Origin: Candidatus Heimdallarchaeota archaeon
GTDB lineage: Archaea > Asgardarchaeota > Heimdallarchaeia > Hodarchaeales > Hodarchaeaceae
Length of the DNA stretch: 15,515 nt
Direction: 5' to 3'
Assembly: GCA_019057635.1 (NCBI GenBank)
Contig: DXJL01000048.1
Location: 1-15,515, forward strand
Shown: piece by piece, positions 1-8,732 of the stretch
Layout: each line of letters starts with the position of its first letter
How positions within the stretch are numbered: position 1 is the first letter of the stretch
The notes under the pieces: model-generated
Database searches by the model: none
What the model saw: only the letters and a program-made list of their open reading frames with translations
What the model was told of the DNA's origin: nothing
Position numbers and translations under genes: made by a program

Positions 1-118
1 AGTAAGGATCTCCATTGAACTGTTCCATGATTTCACTCTCAATCCAAGCCTCAAAAAGGGGCACATAATCTGGTTCCTGATGTTTTAGAGCTAATAGGAC
101 CCTCTCTTTTGAGTTCAT
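1..118 (-). CDS. Uroporphyrinogen decarboxylase (URO-D)/MtaA-CmuA family protein, N-terminal fragment running off the left edge
   Basis: Not in the ORF track. Manual translation from ATG at 118 gives MNSKERVLLALKHQEPDYVPLFEAWIESEIMEQFNGDPY, matching the MxSxERVxxALxHxEPDxVP N-terminal signature of this family. An AGGTG SD-like motif lies upstream. Confidence 0.75.
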   Translation of the reverse strand, partial: MNSKERVLLALKHQEPDYVPLFEAWIESEIMEQFNGDPY

Positions 119-168
119 CACGGGTTACACCTGTCAAGAGCCATGCATGGTCTATGATCTAAATGCTA

Positions 169-933
169 CTAATCGAGTATCTCAACTGCAGAAATCGCGC
201 ATTTAATAGTATTGACGACGCCAGTTTCGAACCTCTGTAGATTCTCCTCAACCGACCCTGTATATATACTATCAGCATCATTCAGATTACCATCCGAAGT
301 AAGAATGGTACCTGTTTGAACCTGTTTTTTGAGACCAAATATATATAGCAATGATGATTCCATTTCGACACAGGTTCCCCCGAATTTACTCCACTTCTTG
401 AATTGGTTTTGATCATCGGGATAATAAATATCAGAGGACCACACTAATCCTGTTTCATATTTAATACCCAGGTTGTCAGCAGCGTGACATAAAGCTTGAT
501 AAATTATAGGAGATGCAACTGCAGGAACTTTCATTGAGGCAAATTTGGGTGAAGTTCCATCATCACGAATTGCGGCATAAGGAATATAGAGTGACCCAAT
601 CCCATGTTGTTTTCCTGGTAACAGTGAACCTGTAGATCCAATTCTGATAAAGGTTCTTCCACCTGCACGATAAGCTTCCTCTAAAACGATAGCTGTACTA
701 GGACATCCCATTCCTGTCGTTAATACCGTTATGGGGATATTTTTTGATGGTGTAAATCCCTTGTAAGCTACAAGACCACGATGTTCTGCGACTTTTTTGG
801 AATTTTTTAAGTGAGAAGCTATAAGGGGAATCCTGTCAGGATTTCCAGCTATAAAACAAATTTTATCAACTTCATTTACCTTAATATGGGGTTGTAATTG
901 CTTTTTAGTCAAGAAGAGTTCCTCAATATACAT
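169..933 (-). CDS. Nucleoside phosphorylase, NP-I (PNP_UDP_1) family, uridine/purine phosphorylase-like
   Basis: Motifs QPHI, GNPDRI, EHRG, GMGCPS, IRIGSTG, AIRDDGTS, SSDIYY and VEMES. It lacks the GQER segment of E. coli Udp, so substrate is not assigned. The start is likely ATG 933 or TTG 912 (GAGG 8 nt upstream) rather than TTG 1005. Ends in tandem TAG TAG stops. Confidence 0.9.
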   Translation of the reverse strand: MYIEELFLTKKQLQPHIKVNEVDKICFIAGNPDRIPLIASHLKNSKKVAEHRGLVAYKGFTPSKNIPITVLTTGMGCPSTAIVLEEAYRAGGRTFIRIGSTGSLLPGKQHGIGSLYIPYAAIRDDGTSPKFASMKVPAVASPIIYQALCHAADNLGIKYETGLVWSSDIYYPDDQNQFKKWSKFGGTCVEMESSLLYIFGLKKQVQTGTILTSDGNLNDADSIYTGSVEENLQRFETGVVNTIKCAISAVEILD

Positions 934-1098
934 TTGATGACTTTTAAGATTATGAGAGATAGTGGTAATAATTGAATTTGTCCAACTTAAAATCATTGTT
1001 TCCAAATATCCGCACTTTGATTTTCAAAGTCTCCTCCGGGTATATTTAATTCGAAATTTACTGCGTTCTTGACGAAAAATTTGAAAAAAATATAACTG

Positions 1099-2055
1099 GT
1101 GAAAAAATTGTCAATCGCGCTTAAAACTGAAAATTTAACAAAATTATATGATAAGACGGTTGTTGTTGATCACATCAATCTTCACGTAAACAAAGGCGAA
1201 ATAGTGTGTCTATTAGGACCCAATGGTGCTGGTAAATCAACAATTCTTAAAATGTTAACTACCTTACTAAAGCCTGATGAAGGTACCGCTTTTGTTAATG
1301 GATATGATATTGTCAAAGAGCAAGCTGAGGTCAGAGAATGCATTAGCTTTGCTCCACAAGAACTAGTATTTTATGACGAACTCACAGCTTTGGAAAATCT
1401 TGTATTTTTCGGTATAATGCAAGGAAAACAAAAAAAAAACTTAGAAAGAGAAGCAAAAGTAATCTTAGATAGACTAGGACTCATTGAAAGAACAGATAAA
1501 GTGAAAAACTTTTCTGGAGGGATGAAAAGGCGATTAAATCTAGCAATTAATCTCATCATGGACACAGAGGTACTATTTCTAGATGAAGTTACAGCAGGAC
1601 TTGATCCCCAATCCCAACATACTGTTTGGGAACTGCTTCGTGAGCTCAAAAACAATCATCAGACCATTATTTTGACAACACATGATATGAATGAAGCAGA
1701 AACTCTAAGTGATCGGGTTTTAATACTAGATGAAGGAAAAATAATAGCCGAAGGCACATCAGAGTCACTCAAGGAAAGATTTTGCGATGAAAACACATTG
1801 GAAATCGTATCCGATCAAAAAATGATTATTCAAGAGTTAAATAAACAGATTGAGTCACTGGATTTTGTCAAAAACATTGTTAACAACAATGACCTGAAAA
1901 TTAGTATTTTTTTTGCTGGGGGAATAAAAAATTTGGTTAAAATATTACATCAAGAAATCTATTCAGATTTGGGTGAAATTAAAGAACTTAATCTTCGCCA
2001 ATCGACACTGGAGGATGTATTCTTAATCCTAGCACGTCGGAGGTTAAATCAATGA
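1099..2055 (+). CDS. ABC-2 type exporter ATP-binding subunit (DrrA/CcmA-like)
   Basis: Walker A GPNGAGKST, Q-loop APQE, signature FSGGMKRR, Walker B LFLDE, H-loop TTH and the C-terminal TLEDVFL motif. Confidence 0.93.
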   Translation: MKKLSIALKTENLTKLYDKTVVVDHINLHVNKGEIVCLLGPNGAGKSTILKMLTTLLKPDEGTAFVNGYDIVKEQAEVRECISFAPQELVFYDELTALENLVFFGIMQGKQKKNLEREAKVILDRLGLIERTDKVKNFSGGMKRRLNLAINLIMDTEVLFLDEVTAGLDPQSQHTVWELLRELKNNHQTIILTTHDMNEAETLSDRVLILDEGKIIAEGTSESLKERFCDENTLEIVSDQKMIIQELNKQIESLDFVKNIVNNNDLKISIFFAGGIKNLVKILHQEIYSDLGEIKELNLRQSTLEDVFLILARRRLNQ

Positions 2056-2867
2056 AAATAGAATTACAACAAATTATCGCTATTGCGGTAAAAAACCTTA
2101 AAATTAAATTTAGAAGTTACCAAACGTATTTATATGCATTTGGGTTTCCTATACTATTTACGTTTATATTCCTGTTTGTGTTTAAATCAATCGAAGTTCC
2201 AGGTGGATATAACGTATTTGATCTCGCGTTTTCATCAGTCTTGATCTATGCTGCATCTTTTGGTACGATAAATGCAGCGGTGTCCTTGACAAGTGAAAAA
2301 CATCGGGGTACATTGATGAGACTCGATACGACTCCTATTGGGAGGACAAAAATCTTCATAGGAACATTATTGAGTGAATCAGTGTTCCTAGCTATTCAGC
2401 TATTATCAATGGTATTTCTTGGCTATGGCCTCCTTGGTGTAAGGTTTCACGAACAGAAAGTACTCTTATTAATCATCGGGCTATTAATCATCTTTATCTT
2501 TGGAATATCGACATTAGGGATAGGAATTGTGATTTCAGCCTATGCAAAAACAGCTGATGCTGCCACTGGGATTTCTATGTGTTATGTAATGCCAGTGTTG
2601 TTCTTAAGTGGTATCTTCATTCCTTTCGATAGCCCTATCGTATATTTCTTTCCTCCTTTCTGGGTGAATCAAATATTTCAGCAAGTGGTTATGCTTGGTG
2701 ACAATATACTGACAGATTCATTTCGTTATCATAGTTTAAACCTTTTTTCAGCCGAGTTTACAGTTATTCCCCTATGGGGAGCAATCCTCATAATTGTCTT
2801 AGCAACACTCGTCTCCCTATGTGGTGGAATATTACTATTTCAACGTAAAACACTAGCCTACGAATAG
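2052..2867 (+). CDS. ABC-2 type transporter permease
   Basis: About six hydrophobic segments, EKHRGTLMRLDTTP (EKxxGTLxRLxxTP motif) and FLSGIFIP. ATGA overlap with the ATPase gene. Confidence 0.9.
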   Translation: MKIELQQIIAIAVKNLKIKFRSYQTYLYAFGFPILFTFIFLFVFKSIEVPGGYNVFDLAFSSVLIYAASFGTINAAVSLTSEKHRGTLMRLDTTPIGRTKIFIGTLLSESVFLAIQLLSMVFLGYGLLGVRFHEQKVLLLIIGLLIIFIFGISTLGIGIVISAYAKTADAATGISMCYVMPVLFLSGIFIPFDSPIVYFFPPFWVNQIFQQVVMLGDNILTDSFRYHSLNLFSAEFTVIPLWGAILIIVLATLVSLCGGILLFQRKTLAYE

Positions 2868-2913
2868 TTAAAGAAAACAATCAAGAAATAAATCAAAAAG
2901 GAACACGAAAGCA

Positions 2914-3558
2914 ATGAAAGAAAATTTAATAGATTTGGATGAGGAAATTGTTTGGAAATCAACTGAGCTTATGGAAGTAGCGCTAAATCTCTCTATTTAT
3001 CGCTATACACTTGCTTTTTCATTGGGGAATTTGGTCTTAATGGTATTACTTACAGGGAGTATTATCTTGTTGCAAATGGTGATTACTACCATTTGGCCGC
3101 TCATTCTGGGATGGTTTGCCTTAACATTGCTAGCTGTGGGTATCCATCTGAAAGTTTTTCACCATATCCTCAAGCGAGTTGAACCCATGAAATACGAGGC
3201 TCCGATTTGGGGAATATCCTATATTTTAGTCTTTCTTCTGGGTTATCTTGTGAATACATTCATGGGAACAGTCATTTCCCCTCAAATTCTTTGGTTTCCT
3301 CTCTTAGGTTTAGCAAACCTGATCATAGGAGTGACAACGGAACGGTTTCATTATAACAAACAAGAATTATTTTCTCAACCAGTTCTCCTATTTTCAATTT
3401 TTCTCCTAATTGCAACCCCATTTCTCTTTATCTTTCTTGCTGTAATACCTGATTTGCCAGAAAACACCTATCTTTCTCCTGCATTAGCATTAATTCTAGC
3501 TTCTTTAAGTACATCATATTCTATATTCTTAGCAGAGAAGAAGGTTGTAAAAACGTGA
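2914..3558 (+). CDS. Hypothetical integral membrane protein (about 6 TM)
   Basis: 214-aa ORF with multiple hydrophobic stretches. GTGA overlap with the downstream regulator. Confidence 0.75.
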   Translation: MKENLIDLDEEIVWKSTELMEVALNLSIYRYTLAFSLGNLVLMVLLTGSIILLQMVITTIWPLILGWFALTLLAVGIHLKVFHHILKRVEPMKYEAPIWGISYILVFLLGYLVNTFMGTVISPQILWFPLLGLANLIIGVTTERFHYNKQELFSQPVLLFSIFLLIATPFLFIFLAVIPDLPENTYLSPALALILASLSTSYSIFLAEKKVVKT

Positions 3559-3869
3559 GTGAGGTGATTAATGGGGTAAAAAAGGCTGATCCATTAATCT
3601 TTCATCCCAAACGATTGATGATTATGAGTCTATTAATTGCGATCGGTCCGATGACTCAAGGCCAGTTAAGAAAAAAATGTAGTCTTACTTGGGGATCTAT
3701 TCCAACCCATCTGGGACGATTGGAAAAAGCAGAATATATTACTCAACGAGATGTAATAACAAGAAAAGGACCACGGGTATTAGTCAATGTGACCTCCAAA
3801 GGAGCTAATAACTATAAAGAAACCTTAAGCAATATCAAGCACTTCCTAAAGGTAATAAATGTTGAATAA
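3555..3869 (+). CDS. Winged helix-turn-helix transcriptional regulator (HTH_34/ArsR-MarR-like)
   Basis: DPLIFHPKRLMIMSLL...LTWGSIPTHLGRLEKAEYI...VTSKG fits the DxxIHxPxRLxI...HLxxLExxGYI...TxxG pattern. Confidence 0.85.
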   Translation: MSEVINGVKKADPLIFHPKRLMIMSLLIAIGPMTQGQLRKKCSLTWGSIPTHLGRLEKAEYITQRDVITRKGPRVLVNVTSKGANNYKETLSNIKHFLKVINVE

Positions 3870-3964
3870 AGCTTTTATCCAAATTTCTATATGTCTATAA
3901 TTCCTACTATAGGATGTGGGCTGAAAGATTCTTTGCCGTCGTTGAAATCTTGACTGAATTCAGT

Positions 3965-6805
3965 TTATAATGTTCGTAAGATTTCCGATGGTTCTTTGTT
4001 TTTGAGTGATCGAACTGGAATATAAGTACCAATTATCGCTAAAACAATGGATATTGCATACACTTGATATATAATTGCATCCACAGGGATAAGTGCTATG
4101 GGGAATTCTGTCTGAATCGCTGACTGCAGGTGCGAAAGTAAGGCAAGAATGTAACCTACTAGACCACCTAGAATCGTCGAAACGACAGTTAAAATTACAG
4201 CCTGTGAAATAAAAATTACAGTAATTGTTCTTTGCTTCAATCCAACAGCTTTAATTACACCAATTTCTCTCATTGATTCTAAAATACTTGTTTGAGTGCT
4301 AGAAAAAATGGAAAAGAAAGCAATTATCAGCGATAATGATAGAATAATGGCAAGCTGATCTCGTTGCTGTTCTAGTTGCGTATCGAGATTTTCTAATAAA
4401 AGGTCAATTCTCACGGTGACAATTGATGTCCCAAATTCTAAAAAGAGATCACTTTGTATGGTCTCCAGAAAAGTTGTCCTTGTCCACCAAAATTTTGCTT
4501 TTACAAATACTCGGTCTATACTCTTTTCAGCAGTTATTTGATCTGAGTTGTTGATGCTTTTCCCAAGCATTACCTGATTCCAGGTAAAATTTCCGAGAAA
4601 GATAGCTGAAGAACCAGAGTACCTCTTAGCGATATGAACATCAGGAAAACCATTAACACGGTCTACTATCCCAACAATAGATAGATTTAAATCCTTACCA
4701 TACAATTGATGATTTTTGCTTATATAACTGGAAATTTTGAGTCTTATAAAGTCACCAACATCCATTTTCAGCTGATTTGCGATACTTCTTGAAATGATTA
4801 CTGTATTATTATTTGTTAGAAGATCCCATGCATTTTGGTTTGCAGGTTGTTGGATGATAGGTTTTCTGTAAAGACTTTGGTCGAAATTGGAATCAGAAAT
4901 ACCATAAATACCACTCGGGGTAAGTGCATCGAATAATGCTAGATCACCAAGAGTTGCTTGGCAACCTATTAATGAAAAAATACTTCCAGTAGTCACATAA
5001 GATACCGAAGATACATTATTGTGACTTTCAAGAAATGTCACGACAGATGGGTCAACATAAGCATCTTGTACTCCAGATGACTGAACAACTAAGTCTGACC
5101 CATAATAATGTCTTAAATTTTCAACCATCATATGACCCTGGAAACTATTGGACATTGAAAGATACAGAATGAAAGCCATACTAAGGGCGAAAATAGTGGC
5201 AGTTAGTGAATTTCTACGTTGATTTTTCAATAAGAAAGTTTTAGTCATGATACCTATCTTACGGGTGTATTTAAAAGCAATCATTATCCTTACAAGTACC
5301 ATCTCACAAATAGGGGACAAAACTCCAACGGTTAGGAGTACAGATCCAATGAGGAATGATAATAATAAGCTTAAGAATAGAATTTGTGTATAGAGTGGAT
5401 TATCTAGAAATTCCAAAAGTGGGAGAATAATAAAGAATACTGACCCCATACTGGCTATAGCAAACCCTAATAATCCCATGCTTTTTGAGACACTTCTTTC
5501 CCTTTGAATGGAATATTCCTGATTGAGCACACGACCTACTTCCAGACTCGTGGTAATATTTCTGTTGATCAAGTTCACACTAGGCTTAATAGCAGATAAT
5601 ATTCCAGCTACACTTCCCACAAACACCGAAAAGGTTAGGGTGCTGGTGGAAATGGTCATTGAGAGGTTGGGTATATTGGATAACAGAAGGTTAGTTATCA
5701 CTAAGCTAAGAACATAGCCTAATGCTATTCCAACTATTATTCCAAAGAAGACATTAACCAATTGGGTTACAAATAACATCAGGAGTAATTTACGGTCTTT
5801 GATACCAATTGTTCTTAACATTGCATATTCTTGGTTTTTTTCTTGGATAGAAACTGTATTTAGGGAATAAATAAGAATTGTGGCTAAGAGGAGAATTAAA
5901 ATTCCAATAAAATTTAGCAATAGCCTAAATCCTGTGAAATCTGCACTTTCAATTGCTAGAGCTTTAGGGAGTGAAACCGAATATTCTTCAATACCAATTT
6001 TTGACTGGATAGTTATTGCTAAATCTTTAGCTTTAGCAACAGATCCCTCAGGATCCATTACTGAATACACAGGGTCTTTAAATTTCCCAATAAGTGTTGT
6101 ACAAATCTCCTCTATGTTAAGCCAGGATTCAATAAGTGATAGATCAACTACGATTTGGTTGAAGGCATCGGGTAAACGTTGTTGATTTTGTACAACCGAT
6201 TCAATCTCTAGTTTTATCTCACTAATTACCCCTGTAATGGGATTATTTAACCTGAGATAGAAGTAATTAACCGAAAGGTTATCATTTAATGCTGTTCTGA
6301 CGTTTTCACCAAAGTTTCCCACAAGAAGGCATTTGTTTACTCCAATGGCGTTGTCAATTCTTGGGTCAAAGGAACCAATTCCGAGTTCATTTTCTTTGCT
6401 TATGTTCAAACCAATTAGAGTAGCAGGAAGTTGTATAAAGTCATATCTAGTATCATTTTCCAGCTCATAGGAGAGTATCATGTTAGAAGGGGAGATAAAT
6501 CTTGGTGTAACCTCTTCAATCTCATTAATCTCTTTTATAGAGGATATGAGTCGTGAATAGTTTTGAATTGTTGCTTCTTTAGTTGGTCTGATCTCAAAAT
6601 CATAATCAGGGGTTGTATGAATTACTAGATCTACGTAGGTATTTCCCAAGGTGTCAACTGTAGCGTTCATTGCTACAAGAATTCCAATACTTAACCCAAT
6701 TGATAGTATAGCAATTAGATTTCTCAATTTATGCTTCTTAAAATCTCGAAAAATGAATTTTAGCAACCAGCCGCTTTGTTGTTTTGTTTGAATTCTGAGA
6801 TTCAT
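3965..6805 (-). CDS. MacB/FtsX-family ABC transporter permease with two FtsX domains
   Basis: Two repeats of TM, extracytoplasmic domain and 3 TM, with motifs QEKNQEYAMLRTIG and ESMREIGVIKAVG. GAGGT SD upstream. Follows a LolD-type ATPase. Confidence 0.9.
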   Translation of the reverse strand: MNLRIQTKQQSGWLLKFIFRDFKKHKLRNLIAILSIGLSIGILVAMNATVDTLGNTYVDLVIHTTPDYDFEIRPTKEATIQNYSRLISSIKEINEIEEVTPRFISPSNMILSYELENDTRYDFIQLPATLIGLNISKENELGIGSFDPRIDNAIGVNKCLLVGNFGENVRTALNDNLSVNYFYLRLNNPITGVISEIKLEIESVVQNQQRLPDAFNQIVVDLSLIESWLNIEEICTTLIGKFKDPVYSVMDPEGSVAKAKDLAITIQSKIGIEEYSVSLPKALAIESADFTGFRLLLNFIGILILLLATILIYSLNTVSIQEKNQEYAMLRTIGIKDRKLLLMLFVTQLVNVFFGIIVGIALGYVLSLVITNLLLSNIPNLSMTISTSTLTFSVFVGSVAGILSAIKPSVNLINRNITTSLEVGRVLNQEYSIQRERSVSKSMGLLGFAIASMGSVFFIILPLLEFLDNPLYTQILFLSLLLSFLIGSVLLTVGVLSPICEMVLVRIMIAFKYTRKIGIMTKTFLLKNQRRNSLTATIFALSMAFILYLSMSNSFQGHMMVENLRHYYGSDLVVQSSGVQDAYVDPSVVTFLESHNNVSSVSYVTTGSIFSLIGCQATLGDLALFDALTPSGIYGISDSNFDQSLYRKPIIQQPANQNAWDLLTNNNTVIISRSIANQLKMDVGDFIRLKISSYISKNHQLYGKDLNLSIVGIVDRVNGFPDVHIAKRYSGSSAIFLGNFTWNQVMLGKSINNSDQITAEKSIDRVFVKAKFWWTRTTFLETIQSDLFLEFGTSIVTVRIDLLLENLDTQLEQQRDQLAIILSLSLIIAFFSIFSSTQTSILESMREIGVIKAVGLKQRTITVIFISQAVILTVVSTILGGLVGYILALLSHLQSAIQTEFPIALIPVDAIIYQVYAISIVLAIIGTYIPVRSLKNKEPSEILRTL

Positions 6806-6823
6806 ACTGGGCTACCTCATTTC

Positions 6824-7663
6824 TCATTGGTTTTTATTGATAAATTTCCCATCCATCATTTCATATTTAGTTCGTGCAAAGCCAGCCACACTTTGGTCAT
6901 GAGTAACCATAACAATGGTCTTACCCATTTCGTTGAGGTTCTTTAACATCTCCATTATCATGTGTCCAGTACGTGAGTCAAGATCACCTGTTGGCTCATC
7001 AGCCAAAATTAGGGGAGGATCATTTGCTAGCGCTCTAGCAATGGCAACTCTTTGTTGCTCACCCCCTGATAACTCTGAAGGAAGATGATGGCCTCTCATA
7101 GATAAACCCACCAATTCAAGTAATTGATCGGTTCTTTGCTTCACAAGACTTGATTTATTCCCAGAAAAAATGAGGGGGATGCTAATATTCTCTGCTGCAG
7201 ATAATGTCGGTAATAGGTAAAACTGCTGGAAAACGAATCCAGAAATATGTAAGCGAATTTCTGAAAGTGCTTCTTTTGACAGGTTGGAAATATCTTGAAG
7301 TGATCCTTTTTTTTCGGGTAAACCAGTTGGTTGGCGTATAACAATGTGACCTCTTGATGGTTTATCTAATCCACCAAGTAAGTGCATCAGAGTACTCTTT
7401 CCTGACCCTGATGGTCCCATAATAGAGATAAAATCTCCAATCTTAACTTTCAAGTCAACTCCTCGCAGAGCATTAACAGCATTTTTACCCATTAAGTAGG
7501 ACTTGTGTAAGTCGTACCCAGCAACCATCAGATTTGAATCATCAATCTCCTCAAAACCAGCTAAATCGTGACTTGAAAACTTACCACCACATTTCGGGCA
7601 GAACAAATAGTCATCTGGAAACTCATTTTCACATTTCGGGCATTTCTTCAATACTAGACCCAT
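6824..7663 (-). CDS. LolD/MacB-type ABC ATP-binding protein with N-terminal zinc ribbon
   Basis: [43 protein letters not shown] and VTHD. N-terminal CPKC-x10-CPKC. Confidence 0.92.
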   Translation of the reverse strand: MGLVLKKCPKCENEFPDDYLFCPKCGGKFSSHDLAGFEEIDDSNLMVAGYDLHKSYLMGKNAVNALRGVDLKVKIGDFISIMGPSGSGKSTLMHLLGGLDKPSRGHIVIRQPTGLPEKKGSLQDISNLSKEALSEIRLHISGFVFQQFYLLPTLSAAENISIPLIFSGNKSSLVKQRTDQLLELVGLSMRGHHLPSELSGGEQQRVAIARALANDPPLILADEPTGDLDSRTGHMIMEMLKNLNEMGKTIVMVTHDQSVAGFARTKYEMMDGKFINKNQ

Positions 7664-7775
7664 CCTAGTTAATCATTGATTACGATAAATTCTTTTTAGT
7701 CATGTAGCATTTAAATATTTTAAGTCTATAAGTTATATTAAGTAAAATGTCAATTTTGTTAATCTCTGTTCACAG
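7664..7775. promoter_or_regulatory. Divergent promoter region between the ABC ATPase and the nitrilase
   Basis: Very AT-rich 112-bp gap between divergent genes, containing TATA-like TTTAAA, TATAAG and TTATAT boxes. Exact sites are not resolved. Confidence 0.45.
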
Positions 7776-8714
7776 ATGAGGTATGAGGAATATCCAATGG
7801 TTCGTGTTGCAGGAATTCAAATTGCTCCTATCGTATTAAATAGTCAAAAGACATGGGAGAAACTATCCGATTATATTAGGGAAGCTCGGGATAATGATGC
7901 CAAATTGGTGACATGGGGGGAAACACTAATCCCTGGTTATCCATTTTGGCCATCCCAGACTGGAGGAGCAAAATGGGACAACTCCGATCAGAAAAAAACG
8001 TACAGTACATATTGGCGTGAAGCACTCGATTTAACAGGTGGTTCAGAAGTCATTTTAGAAATGCGAAAGTTAGCTAAGGAATTACAAATCATGATGATGG
8101 GAGGAATTGCTGAAAAATCTAGTGGTTCGACATACTGTACATTGATTACGATCGATGAAAATGGTGAGTTAATCAATCGACATCGGAAGATTAAACCTAC
8201 TTATGAAGAAAGACTTATTTGGGCGGATGGAGACGGACTAGGACTTAAAACAGTACCTTTTCATGGATATAAAATCGGTGGCTTAAACTGCTGGGAGAAT
8301 TGGATTCCTTATGCACGTGCTTCGCTTCATAAACAAAATGAGTTATTACACGTAGCTGTTTGGCCAGGGAGTGATGGCCTGACAAGAGAAATTACACGGT
8401 TCCTTGCTTTAGAAGGACGTTATTGGGTAATATCAGCATCTGGCCTGTTGAGAACAGAGGATCTTCTAAATTTATCTGATAAAGAGTTCCCAGTTAAGAA
8501 ATATCTTAATTTAGAGGAGAAAAAGGGAAAAATTTGGCAAAATGGGGGAACGGTTATAGCGGATCCAAAAGGGAACTTTGTAAGTGACCCACTAGTTGGT
8601 ACAGAAGGAATTGTTTATGCTGATGTCGATTTTATGAAAGCAATTGAAGAAAGACAGAATTTTGATTACTCAGGTCATTATTCACGCTTCGATATATTTA
8701 ATGCTCCAATTTGA
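7776..8714 (+). CDS. Nitrilase (carbon-nitrogen hydrolase, branch 1)
   Basis: Catalytic triad E (WGETL), K (HRKIKPTYEER) and C (LNCWENW), plus WADGDG and C-terminal DYSGHYSR. The true start may be ATG 7797, which follows GAGGA. Confidence 0.92.
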   Translation: MRYEEYPMVRVAGIQIAPIVLNSQKTWEKLSDYIREARDNDAKLVTWGETLIPGYPFWPSQTGGAKWDNSDQKKTYSTYWREALDLTGGSEVILEMRKLAKELQIMMMGGIAEKSSGSTYCTLITIDENGELINRHRKIKPTYEERLIWADGDGLGLKTVPFHGYKIGGLNCWENWIPYARASLHKQNELLHVAVWPGSDGLTREITRFLALEGRYWVISASGLLRTEDLLNLSDKEFPVKKYLNLEEKKGKIWQNGGTVIADPKGNFVSDPLVGTEGIVYADVDFMKAIEERQNFDYSGHYSRFDIFNAPI

Positions 8715-8732
8715 AAGACAGACAATAAAGAA

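Noticed and set aside
934-1005. N-terminal extension of the nucleoside phosphorylase from TTG 1005
   Set aside because: Family similarity begins at QPHI, and better starts exist at 933 or 912. The stretch is probably divergent promoter DNA.
1430-1439. A10 homopolymer in the ABC ATPase as a phase-variation or frameshift site
   Set aside because: The reading frame is intact (encodes QKKN), and such runs are expected in AT-rich DNA.
3953-3964. 12-bp perfect palindrome ACTGAATTCAGT beside the permease stop codon
   Set aside because: It is a single loopless palindrome between convergent genes with no supporting context, and may be chance.
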